From an uncultured Nitrososphaerales archaeon (GTDB taxonomy: Archaea > Thermoproteota > Nitrososphaeria > Nitrososphaerales > Nitrosocaldaceae): DNA of 32,000 nt. How positions within the stretch are numbered: the first letter of the stretch is position 1; every line of letters begins with the position of its first letter. Where the stretch lies: positions 56,722 to 88,721 of the forward strand of contig CALHIV010000006.1 in the NCBI GenBank assembly GCA_938030895.1, read 5' to 3'. The notes below the pieces were generated by a model that searched no databases, was not told where the DNA came from, and saw only the letters and a program-made list of their open reading frames with translations. The translations under genes were made by a program, and so were the position numbers. Shown in pieces: positions 8,623 to 18,200 of this stretch.

Positions 8623-9876
8623 ATGCCAGATATAAATCCGTTCGAGAATGCACTGAAGCAGCTTGATGAGGCAGCAAGGATAATACATCTTGATGAAGGG
8701 ATGCATGAGGTACTCAAGACACCGAAGAGAGTGCTTACAGTCTCAATACCGGTGAAGATGGATGATGGCAGAGTCAAGGTCTTCATAGGGCATAGGGTAC
8801 AGCATAACGATGCAAGAGGTCCATACAAAGGTGGCATAAGGTACCATCCCCAAGTTACACTCGACGAGGTCAAAGCACTAGCCATGTGGATGACGTGGAA
8901 GTGTGCAATAGTAGATGTGCCGTTTGGAGGGGGTAAGGGAGGTATAGTCTGTGATCCAAAAAATATGAGCGAGGGTGAGTTGGAGAGGTTAACGAGGAGG
9001 TATGCCTACATGATCTCTGACATAATAGGACCTTACGTGGATATACCTGCTCCAGATGTCTATACAGGACCAAAAGAGATGGCGTGGATAATGGATACGT
9101 ATAGTGCATTGAAGGGTAGCATAAGCCCAGGTGTAATAACAGGAAAGCCATTGAATATAGGAGGTTCTAAGGGTAGAGTAGAAGCAACAGGTTTAGGGCT
9201 TGCATTCTGTGTGAGAGAGGGTGCAAAGAGACTCAACATCGATCTAAAGGGTTCACGGGTTGCCATACAAGGGTTTGGTAATGCAGGAACGTATGCAGCA
9301 AGGTTCCTTAAACAGATGGGTGCAAGTATAATAGCCGTTAGTGATTCAAAGGGAGGAGTATACTACGATGGAGGCGATGGGTTGGAGGTTGAAGCCCTAA
9401 TAGAGTACAAGAATAAGACTGGTATGGTTAAGGGGTTCAAGGATACAAGGGAGATAACCAATAAGGAGTTGTTAGAACTAGAGTGTGATATACTTGTGCC
9501 AGCAGCATATGAGAATCAGATAACAGGGGATAATGCTGCTAACATAAAGGCAAAGATGGTCGCAGAGGCTGCCAATGGCCCAACAACCCCTGAAGCTGAT
9601 GAGATACTCTACAAGAAGGGCAAGGTGGTAATACCAGATATACTTGCAAATGCAGGAGGCGTAACAGTGAGTTACTTTGAATGGGTACAGAACCTAACAA
9701 GAGATTATTGGAGCTATGATAAGGTATATAGCATGCTTGAAGGTAAGATGACCACAGCATTCAATGATGTTTATAGAACAGCAGAGGAGTACAAGGTTGA
9801 TATGCGTAAGGGTAGCATGGTGCTTGCAGTTAGCAGGGTAGTAGATGCAATTAAGGCTAGGGGTATATGGCCATAG
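8623..9876 (+). CDS. gdhA: Glu/Leu/Phe/Val family dehydrogenase, probably glutamate dehydrogenase
   Basis: GPYKGGIRYHPQVTLDEVKALAMWMTWKCAIVDVPFGGGKGGI and GFGNAG Rossmann motif. Confidence 0.94.
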   Translation: MPDINPFENALKQLDEAARIIHLDEGMHEVLKTPKRVLTVSIPVKMDDGRVKVFIGHRVQHNDARGPYKGGIRYHPQVTLDEVKALAMWMTWKCAIVDVPFGGGKGGIVCDPKNMSEGELERLTRRYAYMISDIIGPYVDIPAPDVYTGPKEMAWIMDTYSALKGSISPGVITGKPLNIGGSKGRVEATGLGLAFCVREGAKRLNIDLKGSRVAIQGFGNAGTYAARFLKQMGASIIAVSDSKGGVYYDGGDGLEVEALIEYKNKTGMVKGFKDTREITNKELLELECDILVPAAYENQITGDNAANIKAKMVAEAANGPTTPEADEILYKKGKVVIPDILANAGGVTVSYFEWVQNLTRDYWSYDKVYSMLEGKMTTAFNDVYRTAEEYKVDMRKGSMVLAVSRVVDAIKARGIWP

Positions 9877-10046
9877 TCATAAACTATCATAAACATCTAT
9901 ACGTACATCAATTTAATTATTTTTAGCAGTTTGTGATTATAGCATTAATAGCATCGTCAACACTACACCAAAGGTTTCGTGCTTGATATGCTCAATATCT
10001 ATCTATATCTATATACAGTAATTTAGGATGATTTTATAACCGTTGT

Positions 10047-10074
10047 CGGATAGTTAACATTTTATAACTATCCG
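10047..10074. repeat. Perfect 10-bp inverted repeat (cggatagtta / taactatccg) with 8-nt loop
   Basis: cggatagtta 10047-10056 and taactatccg 10065-10074; next to the TnpB relic. Confidence 0.85.
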
Positions 10075-10093
10075 TTCCCCCTCAGCCTTGAAG

Positions 10094-10265
10094 GCATTAG
10101 GTGGCTTTCGCCGCCAACGGTGAAGGACGGCACATCGGGAGTTTCATGGCTATGGCTATATTCCAAGCGGACAGGCACTTAGCCGCTTGCAAGCCACACT
10201 TTCTACACTTAAAGGTGTGCCCATTCGGCTTACTCTACTCAATTCGCCACATATCGGGCACTTAC
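10094..10265 (-). pseudogene. Relic of TnpB (IS200/IS605/IS607 orfB) C-terminal zinc finger
   Basis: Reverse complement reads KCPICGELSRV(S), then after a ~1-nt frame change (N)GHTFKCRKCGLQAAKCLSAWNIAIAMKLPMCRPSPLAAKAT*. The CxxC...CxxCG...NIA arrangement matches the TnpB C-terminus. Confidence 0.65.
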
Positions 10266-10525
10266 CTACTCATATAGGTACATGGGGATGTAGTATAGAA
10301 GGGTTTTGATTGATTGGTTGGTTGATTACTTGCTAGTGATGAGCAAGTCTCCATACGAGTTTTACTCTGTTTGGTGTAGAATTAAGAAAGAAGAGGGCTA
10401 GTTACCTTTCACAGGCTTAACTACACTAAGCGTCAACATCTTTTCAACCATCATATAAAGAAATTGTAAGAATTGTTATACAAAATTATCTATTCAGGAA
10501 CTGCGCACCTTACCCCATTCCATGA

Positions 10526-11047
10526 TCATATGTTCACATCGCCAAAGTCTCCCCAGTCCCAGCCTCCTCCCTCTCCAGTCTCTCCCATATCCCCTCCAGC
10601 CCCAGGCAACTGCTCTGGCATATAATCCTGTTGAGCAAGGTTCATCATGTTGAGCATGGTCATCCACATCATCATATCCATTATACCCATAAACAACATT
10701 ATAGGTATCCAACTCTTCATAGATAATGCTTCCTTCTCGAACTCCTGCCTCTTCCCTTGTTCAGCGAGCATGACCATCCTCTGCCACTTCTGCTCCAACT
10801 CAAACCTGCGCTCCTGCAACTCCCTATCGCCCTTCTCTGTGATTGTTAACTCAACCTTCCTTCTACCCAAGAGTCCTTTCTTCTCCCTCTTTACTATAAG
10901 ACCATGTAGGATCAACCTCTCAACTATCATAGCAACATCGAATGCTGATAACCCTGTAGCCTTGGCTATCTTCTCCTCTGTATTATAGCCCTTGGCTATA
11001 GCACTTAACACCATAACATCCTTTGGCTCCTCCTCTGAACCAACCAT
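10526..11047 (-). CDS. Winged-helix-like DNA-binding protein with hydrophobic segment and acidic Gly/Trp-rich tail
   Basis: VMVLSAIAKGYNTEEKIAKATGLSAFDVAMIVERLILHGLI HTH-like region, then MLFMGIMDMMMWMTMLNM, then GETGEGGGWDWGDFGDVNI. Confidence 0.55.
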   Translation of the reverse strand: MVGSEEEPKDVMVLSAIAKGYNTEEKIAKATGLSAFDVAMIVERLILHGLIVKREKKGLLGRRKVELTITEKGDRELQERRFELEQKWQRMVMLAEQGKRQEFEKEALSMKSWIPIMLFMGIMDMMMWMTMLNMMNLAQQDYMPEQLPGAGGDMGETGEGGGWDWGDFGDVNI

Positions 11048-11196
11048 GTATATAAGTTATATGATCCCATTAATAGGCTTTATCCTTAGAGGATATCATA
11101 TATCATATATCGTATATAATATATAATAAAAAGTAGGAATAAAAAGTAGGATAGATGCGATGGTATAAAGGTATGGGATGAGAGAATCCTACAGAT

Positions 11197-11544
11197 CTAC
11201 TCTGTACTGAATGAGTGCCCACAAGCACAGGTTCTTACAACGTTTGGATTATTTATCTTGAAGCCAGCACCCATGAGGCTCTCTATATAGTCTATCTCGC
11301 TACCCTTCAGGTAGTTGGAGCTGTAGAAGTCTACAAGTATCTTAACACCATACTCCTCCAACATTATATCATCCTCAGAGGGCTTCTCCTCGAACCCCAT
11401 CCCGTATGAGAGACCGGCACAACCACCACCAGCAACATAGACCCTGAGGTATAGATCCTCCCTACCCTCCTGCTTCATGAACTCCTTCACCTTCTCAGCG
11501 GCCTTTGGCGTTAGTGCTATCAACCTCCCAACACTCTTTTCCAT
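11197..11544 (-). CDS. HesB/IscA/ErpA-type iron-sulfur assembly/carrier protein
   Basis: LRVYVAGGGCAGLSYGMGFEEKP and CACGHSFS. Start revised to MEKSVGRLIALTPKAA. Confidence 0.9.
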   Translation of the reverse strand: MEKSVGRLIALTPKAAEKVKEFMKQEGREDLYLRVYVAGGGCAGLSYGMGFEEKPSEDDIMLEEYGVKILVDFYSSNYLKGSEIDYIESLMGAGFKINNPNVVRTCACGHSFSTE

Positions 11545-11646
11545 ATCCTCACTATGCTTATACAATATAATAAGCTTTACTTTACAAGTGGTAGAGAAAA
11601 ATAATGATGGCATGGGTTATTGCATTGGTTGCTACCAACTACATTG

Positions 11647-12420
11647 CTACTTCTTCTGCAGGAACCTTGTCATCCTCTCTACTCTATCTGGGTGTGTGAA
11701 GCATAGACTCCAGCCCCATAGCTCTAGTGCAAGTCCAGTGCTTATATCACTCTCTAACCCTCTGTTTATAAGCATCTTGGATACCCTTACTGCTAGTGCA
11801 CTATTCTTTGCTATCTCCTTTGCCATAGCAACAGACTCGTCCAAGAGCTGTGGTAACTCCACGACCTTGTTAACCAACCCTATACTCAATGCCTCTTCAG
11901 CATTAACCCTTCTGCCAGTGAATATCAGCTCCTTTGCCTTCGATACGCCAACTATCCTTGCAAGTCTCTGTGTACCACCCCAGCCTGGGCATATACCCAG
12001 CCCAACCTCCGGCTGTGCTAGTATAGCGTTCTTACTTGCTATCCTTATATCACAGGCCAATGCTAGTTCGCATCCTCCTCCTAGAGCATAGCCGTTAACT
12101 GCTGCTATAACAGGCTTGTTGAGGTTCTCTACCTTGCTCATCGCTGCATGGCCCCTTTTAGCATACTCTTCAGCTTCTAGAGGGGATATCTTGCTCATGT
12201 ACTCTATATCTGCTCCAGCAGAGAATGCCTTCTCACCAGTACCAGTTATTATAACTGCCCTTATCTGCTCATCGTCAGCAAGGTCATCCATCGCACTGCT
12301 CAGTTGTGCTATAACATCAAGGTTCATTGCATTCAACTTCTCTGCCCTGTTTATCCTTACAACTGCTATACCATCATCCCTCTTCTCCACGAGTATGTAC
12401 TGTTGCTGCTGTGGTGCCAT
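11647..12420 (-). CDS. Enoyl-CoA hydratase/isomerase (crotonase) family protein; candidate 3-hydroxypropionyl-CoA dehydratase/crotonyl-CoA hydratase
   Basis: AFSAGADIEYM, NGYALGGGCELALACDIRIAS and AQPEVGLGICPGWGGTQRL retain crotonase oxyanion-hole and Glu positions. Start revised to MAPQQQQY. Confidence 0.9.
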   Translation of the reverse strand: MAPQQQQYILVEKRDDGIAVVRINRAEKLNAMNLDVIAQLSSAMDDLADDEQIRAVIITGTGEKAFSAGADIEYMSKISPLEAEEYAKRGHAAMSKVENLNKPVIAAVNGYALGGGCELALACDIRIASKNAILAQPEVGLGICPGWGGTQRLARIVGVSKAKELIFTGRRVNAEEALSIGLVNKVVELPQLLDESVAMAKEIAKNSALAVRVSKMLINRGLESDISTGLALELWGWSLCFTHPDRVERMTRFLQKK

Positions 12421-12466
12421 GCATATGGAATATATGATAAGCAAATAAACTTTGCACTTGATGATA

Positions 12467-13480
12467 TTATACTGGTATAGGGGTTATGGGGAATGCACCA
12501 CATACCCTGCAGAACCTTGCATCACTGCTCACATATGCGTTGCATTCACTACACCTTGCATTACCTATACCACTGCTACTACCACCACTGCTAGAATCCA
12601 TTAGGTACGGTGCACCGAACATACCCCTGTATATCTCATAGTAGTAGAGGTGCTCCTTGCTCCTTATCCTAACCCTGTCTCTATCAAGGTACTCCTTGCT
12701 CCTTCTGGCAAGGTACTCATCACTAACAAGAGAGGCAAGATAGTTACTCAATATACTTGTATTAGCCCCCTGCTCCATAGGCATCTTAACCCTCCATGCT
12801 ATATCCTTGCCTATTATATGCTCAAAGCATGATCTCAATACGAACTTCCCATACCTCTTACCCTCATATTCGTTAACCTTCAACTCTACCGGTATGCTCT
12901 TAGCATAGTCCAATAAGTCCAGATAAGGTAATGATACGCTCATGCCAAGATCATCTGCTATTGCTAGAGAAGAGAAGTGCATTATCCTCTCAAGCCTAGT
13001 AAGTTCATACTCCAACTGCTCACGGCTCATTCTAAGCATATATGAGTAGCCAGCGAATATCTCATCGCATCCATCCCCTGTAATAACATGCAAGCAGTAC
13101 TCCTTCAACTCCTTCATTGCAAGGTAGAGTACTATAGAGTTCCTAACCTCCATTGGGTCGAATGAGCGCATTATTCTAATAATCTCTCTTACTGCATAGA
13201 GCATCTCATCTATGCTAACGTGCTTGATGAGCAGCCTCATCCTGAATCTATCTGCTACAATCCTAGCATACTTTGTATCTTGGGCATCCCCATGGCCTAT
13301 ACATAATGCAAGTACCTCGCTCATACTACTGGATGAGAGTGCAGCAAGTATACTGCTATCCAAGCCTCCAGAGAGGAGTATTCCTACACTAGAGGTGCTT
13401 ATAGTATGCTTATACACTATACCCCTAAGCATCTCCTCCAGCCTGTTACAGATAGCATCGTTATCTGTACCTGAAGGCAT
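12467..13480 (-). CDS. Stand-alone asparagine-synthase-type ATP pyrophosphatase domain with C-terminal zinc ribbon
   Basis: VGILLSGGLDSSILAALSS PP-loop, VITGDGCDEIFAGY, C-terminal CSECNAYVSSDARFCRVCG; no N-terminal Cys2 glutaminase domain. Confidence 0.8.
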   Translation of the reverse strand: MPSGTDNDAICNRLEEMLRGIVYKHTISTSSVGILLSGGLDSSILAALSSSSMSEVLALCIGHGDAQDTKYARIVADRFRMRLLIKHVSIDEMLYAVREIIRIMRSFDPMEVRNSIVLYLAMKELKEYCLHVITGDGCDEIFAGYSYMLRMSREQLEYELTRLERIMHFSSLAIADDLGMSVSLPYLDLLDYAKSIPVELKVNEYEGKRYGKFVLRSCFEHIIGKDIAWRVKMPMEQGANTSILSNYLASLVSDEYLARRSKEYLDRDRVRIRSKEHLYYYEIYRGMFGAPYLMDSSSGGSSSGIGNARCSECNAYVSSDARFCRVCGAFPITPIPV

Positions 13481-13528
13481 GAGATAGCATAGAGGAATAT
13501 TTATATAAATTGTGGAGAGATAGTTGAT

Positions 13529-13933
13529 ATGCTACTCCCCTCAGAGATAGAGTCGAGGTCACTGATCCCTGCAATAAGGGCTATAATATCTAGGAGGTTG
13601 GTGAATGAGTATAACATGAAGGAGGAGGATGTTGCAAAACTCTTGGGTATAACACAGGCTGCTGTGAGCAACTATATAAGGGGTACTAGGGGTGATGCAG
13701 AGCTTGCAAAGAGACTCCTGAACGAGCCTAGCGTGGTTAGGAGGATAGATGAGATAAGCAAGGATCTAGCCATGAACAGGGCATTCATGCCATCTACCAT
13801 GGCAAAGTACATAGGCCTGCTGAACTACATAAGGCATAGCCTACTCATATGCGATATACACCATGCAATAGAGAAGAGTATAGACAAGGATATATGCAAA
13901 GCATGTGAGGATACTCTAAGGGAAGGAATGTGA
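13529..13933 (+). CDS. Archaeal XRE-like HTH regulator (COG2522-like) with C-terminal Cys/His motif
   Basis: MKEEDVAKLLGITQAAVSNYIRGTRG HTH; C-terminal CDIHHAIEKSIDKDICKAC. Confidence 0.75.
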   Translation: MLLPSEIESRSLIPAIRAIISRRLVNEYNMKEEDVAKLLGITQAAVSNYIRGTRGDAELAKRLLNEPSVVRRIDEISKDLAMNRAFMPSTMAKYIGLLNYIRHSLLICDIHHAIEKSIDKDICKACEDTLREGM

Positions 13934-14012
13934 GCCTAACCTTGATTTATTACTGGAGTCTGACCGATCGGGATTGGTGTGGAGGATTGATTATCAATCT
14001 GGGAGAATGAGC

Positions 14013-14101
14013 TGGTTAGATGGATATCCTGAATCAATGCTGTGAAAGGCATCATTGAGAGTCCAACTTACGATAAGTTGGTTAGATGGATATCCTGAAT
14101 C
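14013..14101. repeat. 23-nt perfect direct repeat tggttagatggatatcctgaatc, 66-nt spacing
   Basis: Copies at 14013-14035 and 14079-14101; the second lies over the 3' end of the 14082-14579 ORF. Confidence 0.85.
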
Positions 14102-14579
14102 CCCTTCTGAAGAGAAGGAAGAAGAGTATGAATGGTACTAGTATAACTAGCAGTATCATCAGTGTTAATATACCAGCATCCTGCACAAGTATAAGGAATG
14201 GGAAGGGGAAGATCACAACAACACCACCTCCCCCTCTACTACCCTCTATACCACTAGACCCATCCCTCTGTCCGATCTGGTTGAGTGTATCTACCATGCC
14301 CATCGATGCATAAGAGATCAGGATCATGCCTACGATGACCACGGTTATGCCGATGAGTAGCATGGGTATATTCGCTATATCCCTTAACGCTGTGTACCCT
14401 ATCCTGAAACTACTCCCTTCACCTCTAACATCATCCATACTCGTATCATGCATATGCATTAAACATCTCTTGCATATACCATCTTCATTCATGCAGATGG
14501 AGCATACTGGCCTTTTGCACATACTACAGTAATCAACAGCGATCCCATCACATATACTACATCTAACCCTCTGGCTCAT
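14082..14579 (-). CDS. Small Cys-rich zinc-binding membrane protein
   Basis: CSICDGIAVDYCSMCKRPVCSICMNEDGICKRCLMH followed by two hydrophobic segments; overlaps the DUF131-like ORF. Confidence 0.55.
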   Translation of the reverse strand: MSQRVRCSICDGIAVDYCSMCKRPVCSICMNEDGICKRCLMHMHDTSMDDVRGEGSSFRIGYTALRDIANIPMLLIGITVVIVGMILISYASMGMVDTLNQIGQRDGSSGIEGSRGGGGVVVIFPFPFLILVQDAGILTLMILLVILVPFILFFLLFRRGFRISI

Positions 14580-14803
14580 CTCATACCCACCATGAATAGG
14601 ATGAGCATTATGAGTATAGCGATTGGTAATATAACTAGTAAGGATCTCGAACCCTGCCAGACTATGGGTATAGGGCCTAGGAGTATGAACCCTACAGATC
14701 TACCCCTAGAGCCTGCTACTCTAGTAACTAGGGAGAATGTTATTATCAGCATGCCTACTAACACCAGCGCAGAACCTATCATCATCAATAGCTTTGCGTC
14801 CAT
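14576..14803 (-). CDS. DUF131-family small membrane protein
   Basis: 75 aa, two TM segments separated by GSRGRSVGFILLGPIPIVWQGSR. Confidence 0.65.
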   Translation of the reverse strand: MDAKLLMMIGSALVLVGMLIITFSLVTRVAGSRGRSVGFILLGPIPIVWQGSRSLLVILPIAILIMLILFMVGMR

Positions 14804-14880
14804 AGCATTATAGATTAAGTTAATCTACTATTTATTACTAATCCAAGTACCAAAAATAAAGTGTGTATTACCAACCAGGT

Positions 14881-15222
14881 TCAGGGCTGTGCTTCCCTTC
14901 TTCCCGTTGCCTCTTCAGCGCCTACCCCTCCCTCTGCCATCAGAGCATCCAGATCCTCTCTGCTTACATCCTCGACCGATACCACTGATACCCTGAAGGG
15001 TTTACCACAGAGCCTCCCCAACTCTAGAGAGTTCTTATCTATCTTGTATATGTAGACTGAAGTGCTACTGCTACTTATCTTATCCATCACATCCCTGCGA
15101 ATAGATCTGGAGCATATGATCAGTTTAGCATTCCCTATACCCTTCAGTACCTCTCTGCTACCTATCCTACATGCACTATTTGCCATCGCATTCCTAACTA
15201 TCTTTGCTACTAGCCTACTCAT
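14881..15222 (-). CDS. rpl30e: Ribosomal protein eL30 (L30e/L7Ae superfamily)
   Basis: Directly downstream of rpoA; GSREVLKGIGNAKLIICSR and SVYIYKIDKNSLELGRLCGKPFRVSVVSV. Confidence 0.85.
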   Translation of the reverse strand: MSRLVAKIVRNAMANSACRIGSREVLKGIGNAKLIICSRSIRRDVMDKISSSSTSVYIYKIDKNSLELGRLCGKPFRVSVVSVEDVSREDLDALMAEGGVGAEEATGRREAQP

Positions 15223-15252
15223 CTTCCCCCTTCCTCCATACCTCTCTCCTCC

Positions 15253-18200
15253 TTACCCTCCACCCATACCATTGCCAACCTTCATGTATAGATCTACCAT
15301 ACCAGTACCTACTGGTACTGTTGAGCCAACTATCACATTCTCTGTAACGCCCTTTAATGGTTCTATCTCGCCCTTGAGCGCTGCCTCTGCTATAGTTGGA
15401 ACGGTTATCTCGAATGCTGCCCTAGCAAGTACGCTAACCTTCGTGCCAGCAACGCCATGTCTACCTATCTGCTGAAGTATACCCTTGCTTGTCATAACAT
15501 CTGCAACAAGCATTATATGCCTTATATCAACCTCCAGACCCTGCTCCTCTAGAGTGTTGGTTATCTCCTTTACCAGTGCCGTTCTTGCAGCCTCTATACC
15601 AAGTACGTTTGCTATCTCGTATATGTTGTTTGTAGTCGTTCTGCTCGTATCAACACCCTCTACCTCAAGGACCCTCTGTAAGTTTGAGCCTGCGGTCTGT
15701 ATAATCCACTCATTATCTTGCTTAACTACAGTTACACGCTCTATCTCAGGTATGCCTTTTATCTTTGTGTTGAGTATCTTACCCTTGAGTGTGCTCATCG
15801 TCCTAGCATCTGTACCTGGTGGAGGTCTTAGAGTTATCTTATTGGTATCCTCTACGATAACATTAAACTTCTTCTTGGAGGACTTTAGGGCATTGACTAT
15901 AGTATCGATATCGCACCCTCTAGCCTCCATCTTACTTGGGTTGAGGACTAGGTGGAGTAGACCATCAAGATCGACCTCAACACTCTCAACAAGGTCGTTG
16001 AGCTTTGTGAAGAGTATGTTCTTTGCTACCTGTAAGGCACTCTCCCTCGACTTTGCATAATCTGGGAGAAGGTATATATCCATGGTTGGTGTCTCTGGCT
16101 TCTTCCTTGCATCCAAGAGTTCTATGAGCCTTGGTAACCCTAATGTTACATTCCTCTCCTTTATACCGGCGAAGTGGAATGTTCTTAGAGTCATCTGAGT
16201 ACCAGGTTCGCCTATCGACTGGGCAGCGACTATGCCTATCGCTTCCCCCGGCTCTGCCCTAGCCTTGTCTACAAGTTCGACTACATGCTTGCATACTCTC
16301 TCAACACCATCCCTACTTAACCTAACCCTCATCAACTCTGCCTTGAGCATCTCTACTATGCTTGGATTAAGTATATTGGCGTACCTATCAACTATGCCAT
16401 TTATCTCATCATCGCTTGCCTTATCGCCTTCATCTACAAGTGCTTGCGCATTAACAAGCCTCTCTATGTTAACAGCATTGCCATGATCACTCTTCGCAGG
16501 ATCTATGCTATCCTCTCCATACACGAACTGTATTATGTTACCGAATGAATCCCTAACAGTATTATCATACTCTATCCTTAGATGCTCCATCGCATTTATC
16601 AGCCTTCTCTGAAGATACCCGCTCTGCTGGGTTCTAACCGCAGTATCCACCAGCCCCTCTCTACCACCCATAGCATGGAAGAAGAACTCCAATGGGTTCA
16701 GTCCATCCCTAAAGTTTGACTTTACAAAGCCCTTTGCATCTGGATTTATATCATCTGGGAGGAAGTGGGGTAATGCCCTCCTCTGGTAACCTCTCTCTAT
16801 TCTCTTGCCTCGTATAGACTGCTGACCTAGAAGAGCTGTCATCTGACCTATGTTGACTGTTGAACCTCTAGCCCCAGTACTTGCCATTATAACCCCAGCA
16901 TTGTTATCTGCCAATGATCTATCTGCTGCCCTCCCTGCTCTATCTCTTGCCCTAGAGAGTTCATTGGTTATCTGCAGTTCTAACGTCTCCTCTGGGGATA
17001 ACCCTCTTATGGGCTGGAGTACACCCTCCCTGTACTGCCTTATAAGATCATACACCTTCTCATACGTATTCTTTATTATACCATCTATCTCCTTCCTTGC
17101 CTCTTCAGGGAGCAAGAGATCATCGTAGCCGTAGCTGAAGCCATAACGGGTTATGAAGTGGGTTAGTATCCTGAAGAGTGAGTTAAGGAATGATCTTGCA
17201 AATGATGTGCCATAGTCTTTAGCAAGCCTATGGAGTATACTATCTGGCTCCTCTGCCCCTATAGATGCCTTGTCTATAACACCACTGATCAGCCTACCAT
17301 TCTTTATTATAACATCTGGCTGCTTGCTTATCTTTGCGCTCTTGAACCACTTCGATATCAAGGTGTAGTTGAAGTCCTTTGGAAGAAGTAGGGAGAACAA
17401 CTGCTTACCAGTGTACTTGCCATTACCATCATGGCCATTACTCTTACCATCACCCATGAGAAGATCAGGAGCATGCTTTATCCTCCCTATGAATGCTAGG
17501 TTCATAAACTCCGCCCTGCTTAGTACTGTATCATCCTTGGTGAGTAGATACGCTGCTGTTATAAAGTCCCTTATCCCTCCTATTATTGGACCCCCATACC
17601 TAGGGGATATAAGTTGGTCATGAACCTGCATGAGTATCTTTGCCTCTGCCCTAGCCTCTACGCTCTGAGGAACATGAAGGTTCATCTCATCGCCATCAAA
17701 GTCAGCATTGTATGGTGGGCATACAGATGGGTGTAGTCTGAAGGTTCTGTATGGGAGTACCTTTACTAGATGGGCCATTATAGAGATTCTATGCAGGGAT
17801 GGCTGTCTATTGAATATAACAATATCACCATCCATCAGATGCCTCTCAACTATGAACCCTGGGGCTAGGGACTCTGCCAATGTAGTCCTATCTGCTACGT
17901 AATCAAGCCTTATCTTAACGCCGTCTGGCCTAACTATGTAGTTTGCCCCAGGATGCTTGTTTGGACCGTTCATTACAAGCGCTCTAAGCCTATCTATATT
18001 CCAAGGGGATACAACCTCTGGTATTGTAAGCTTCTTGGCTATCTCCTCTGGTACACCAACCTCGGATATGTCAAGGTTCGGATCTGGAGAGATCACTGTT
18101 CTTCCGGCAAAGTCAACCCTCTTGCCTGATAGACTGCCTCTGAACCTTCCTTCCTTACCTTTCAACCTCTGCGATAACGTCTTCAATGGTCTGCCAGACC

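Noticed and set aside
7023-9760. Minus-strand and alternate-frame ORFs over purD and gdhA
   Set aside because: Low-complexity Ser/Pro/Leu/Tyr translations opposite conserved CDSs; treated as shadow ORFs.
10494-10712. 72-aa minus ORF
   Set aside because: Overlaps the 3' end of the better-supported 10526-11047 ORF in another frame; the Gly/Trp-rich composition comes from that gene's repetitive tail.
14013-14101. CRISPR-like repeat pair
   Set aside because: Only two copies, one inside a coding sequence, with no further regularly spaced units or cas genes.
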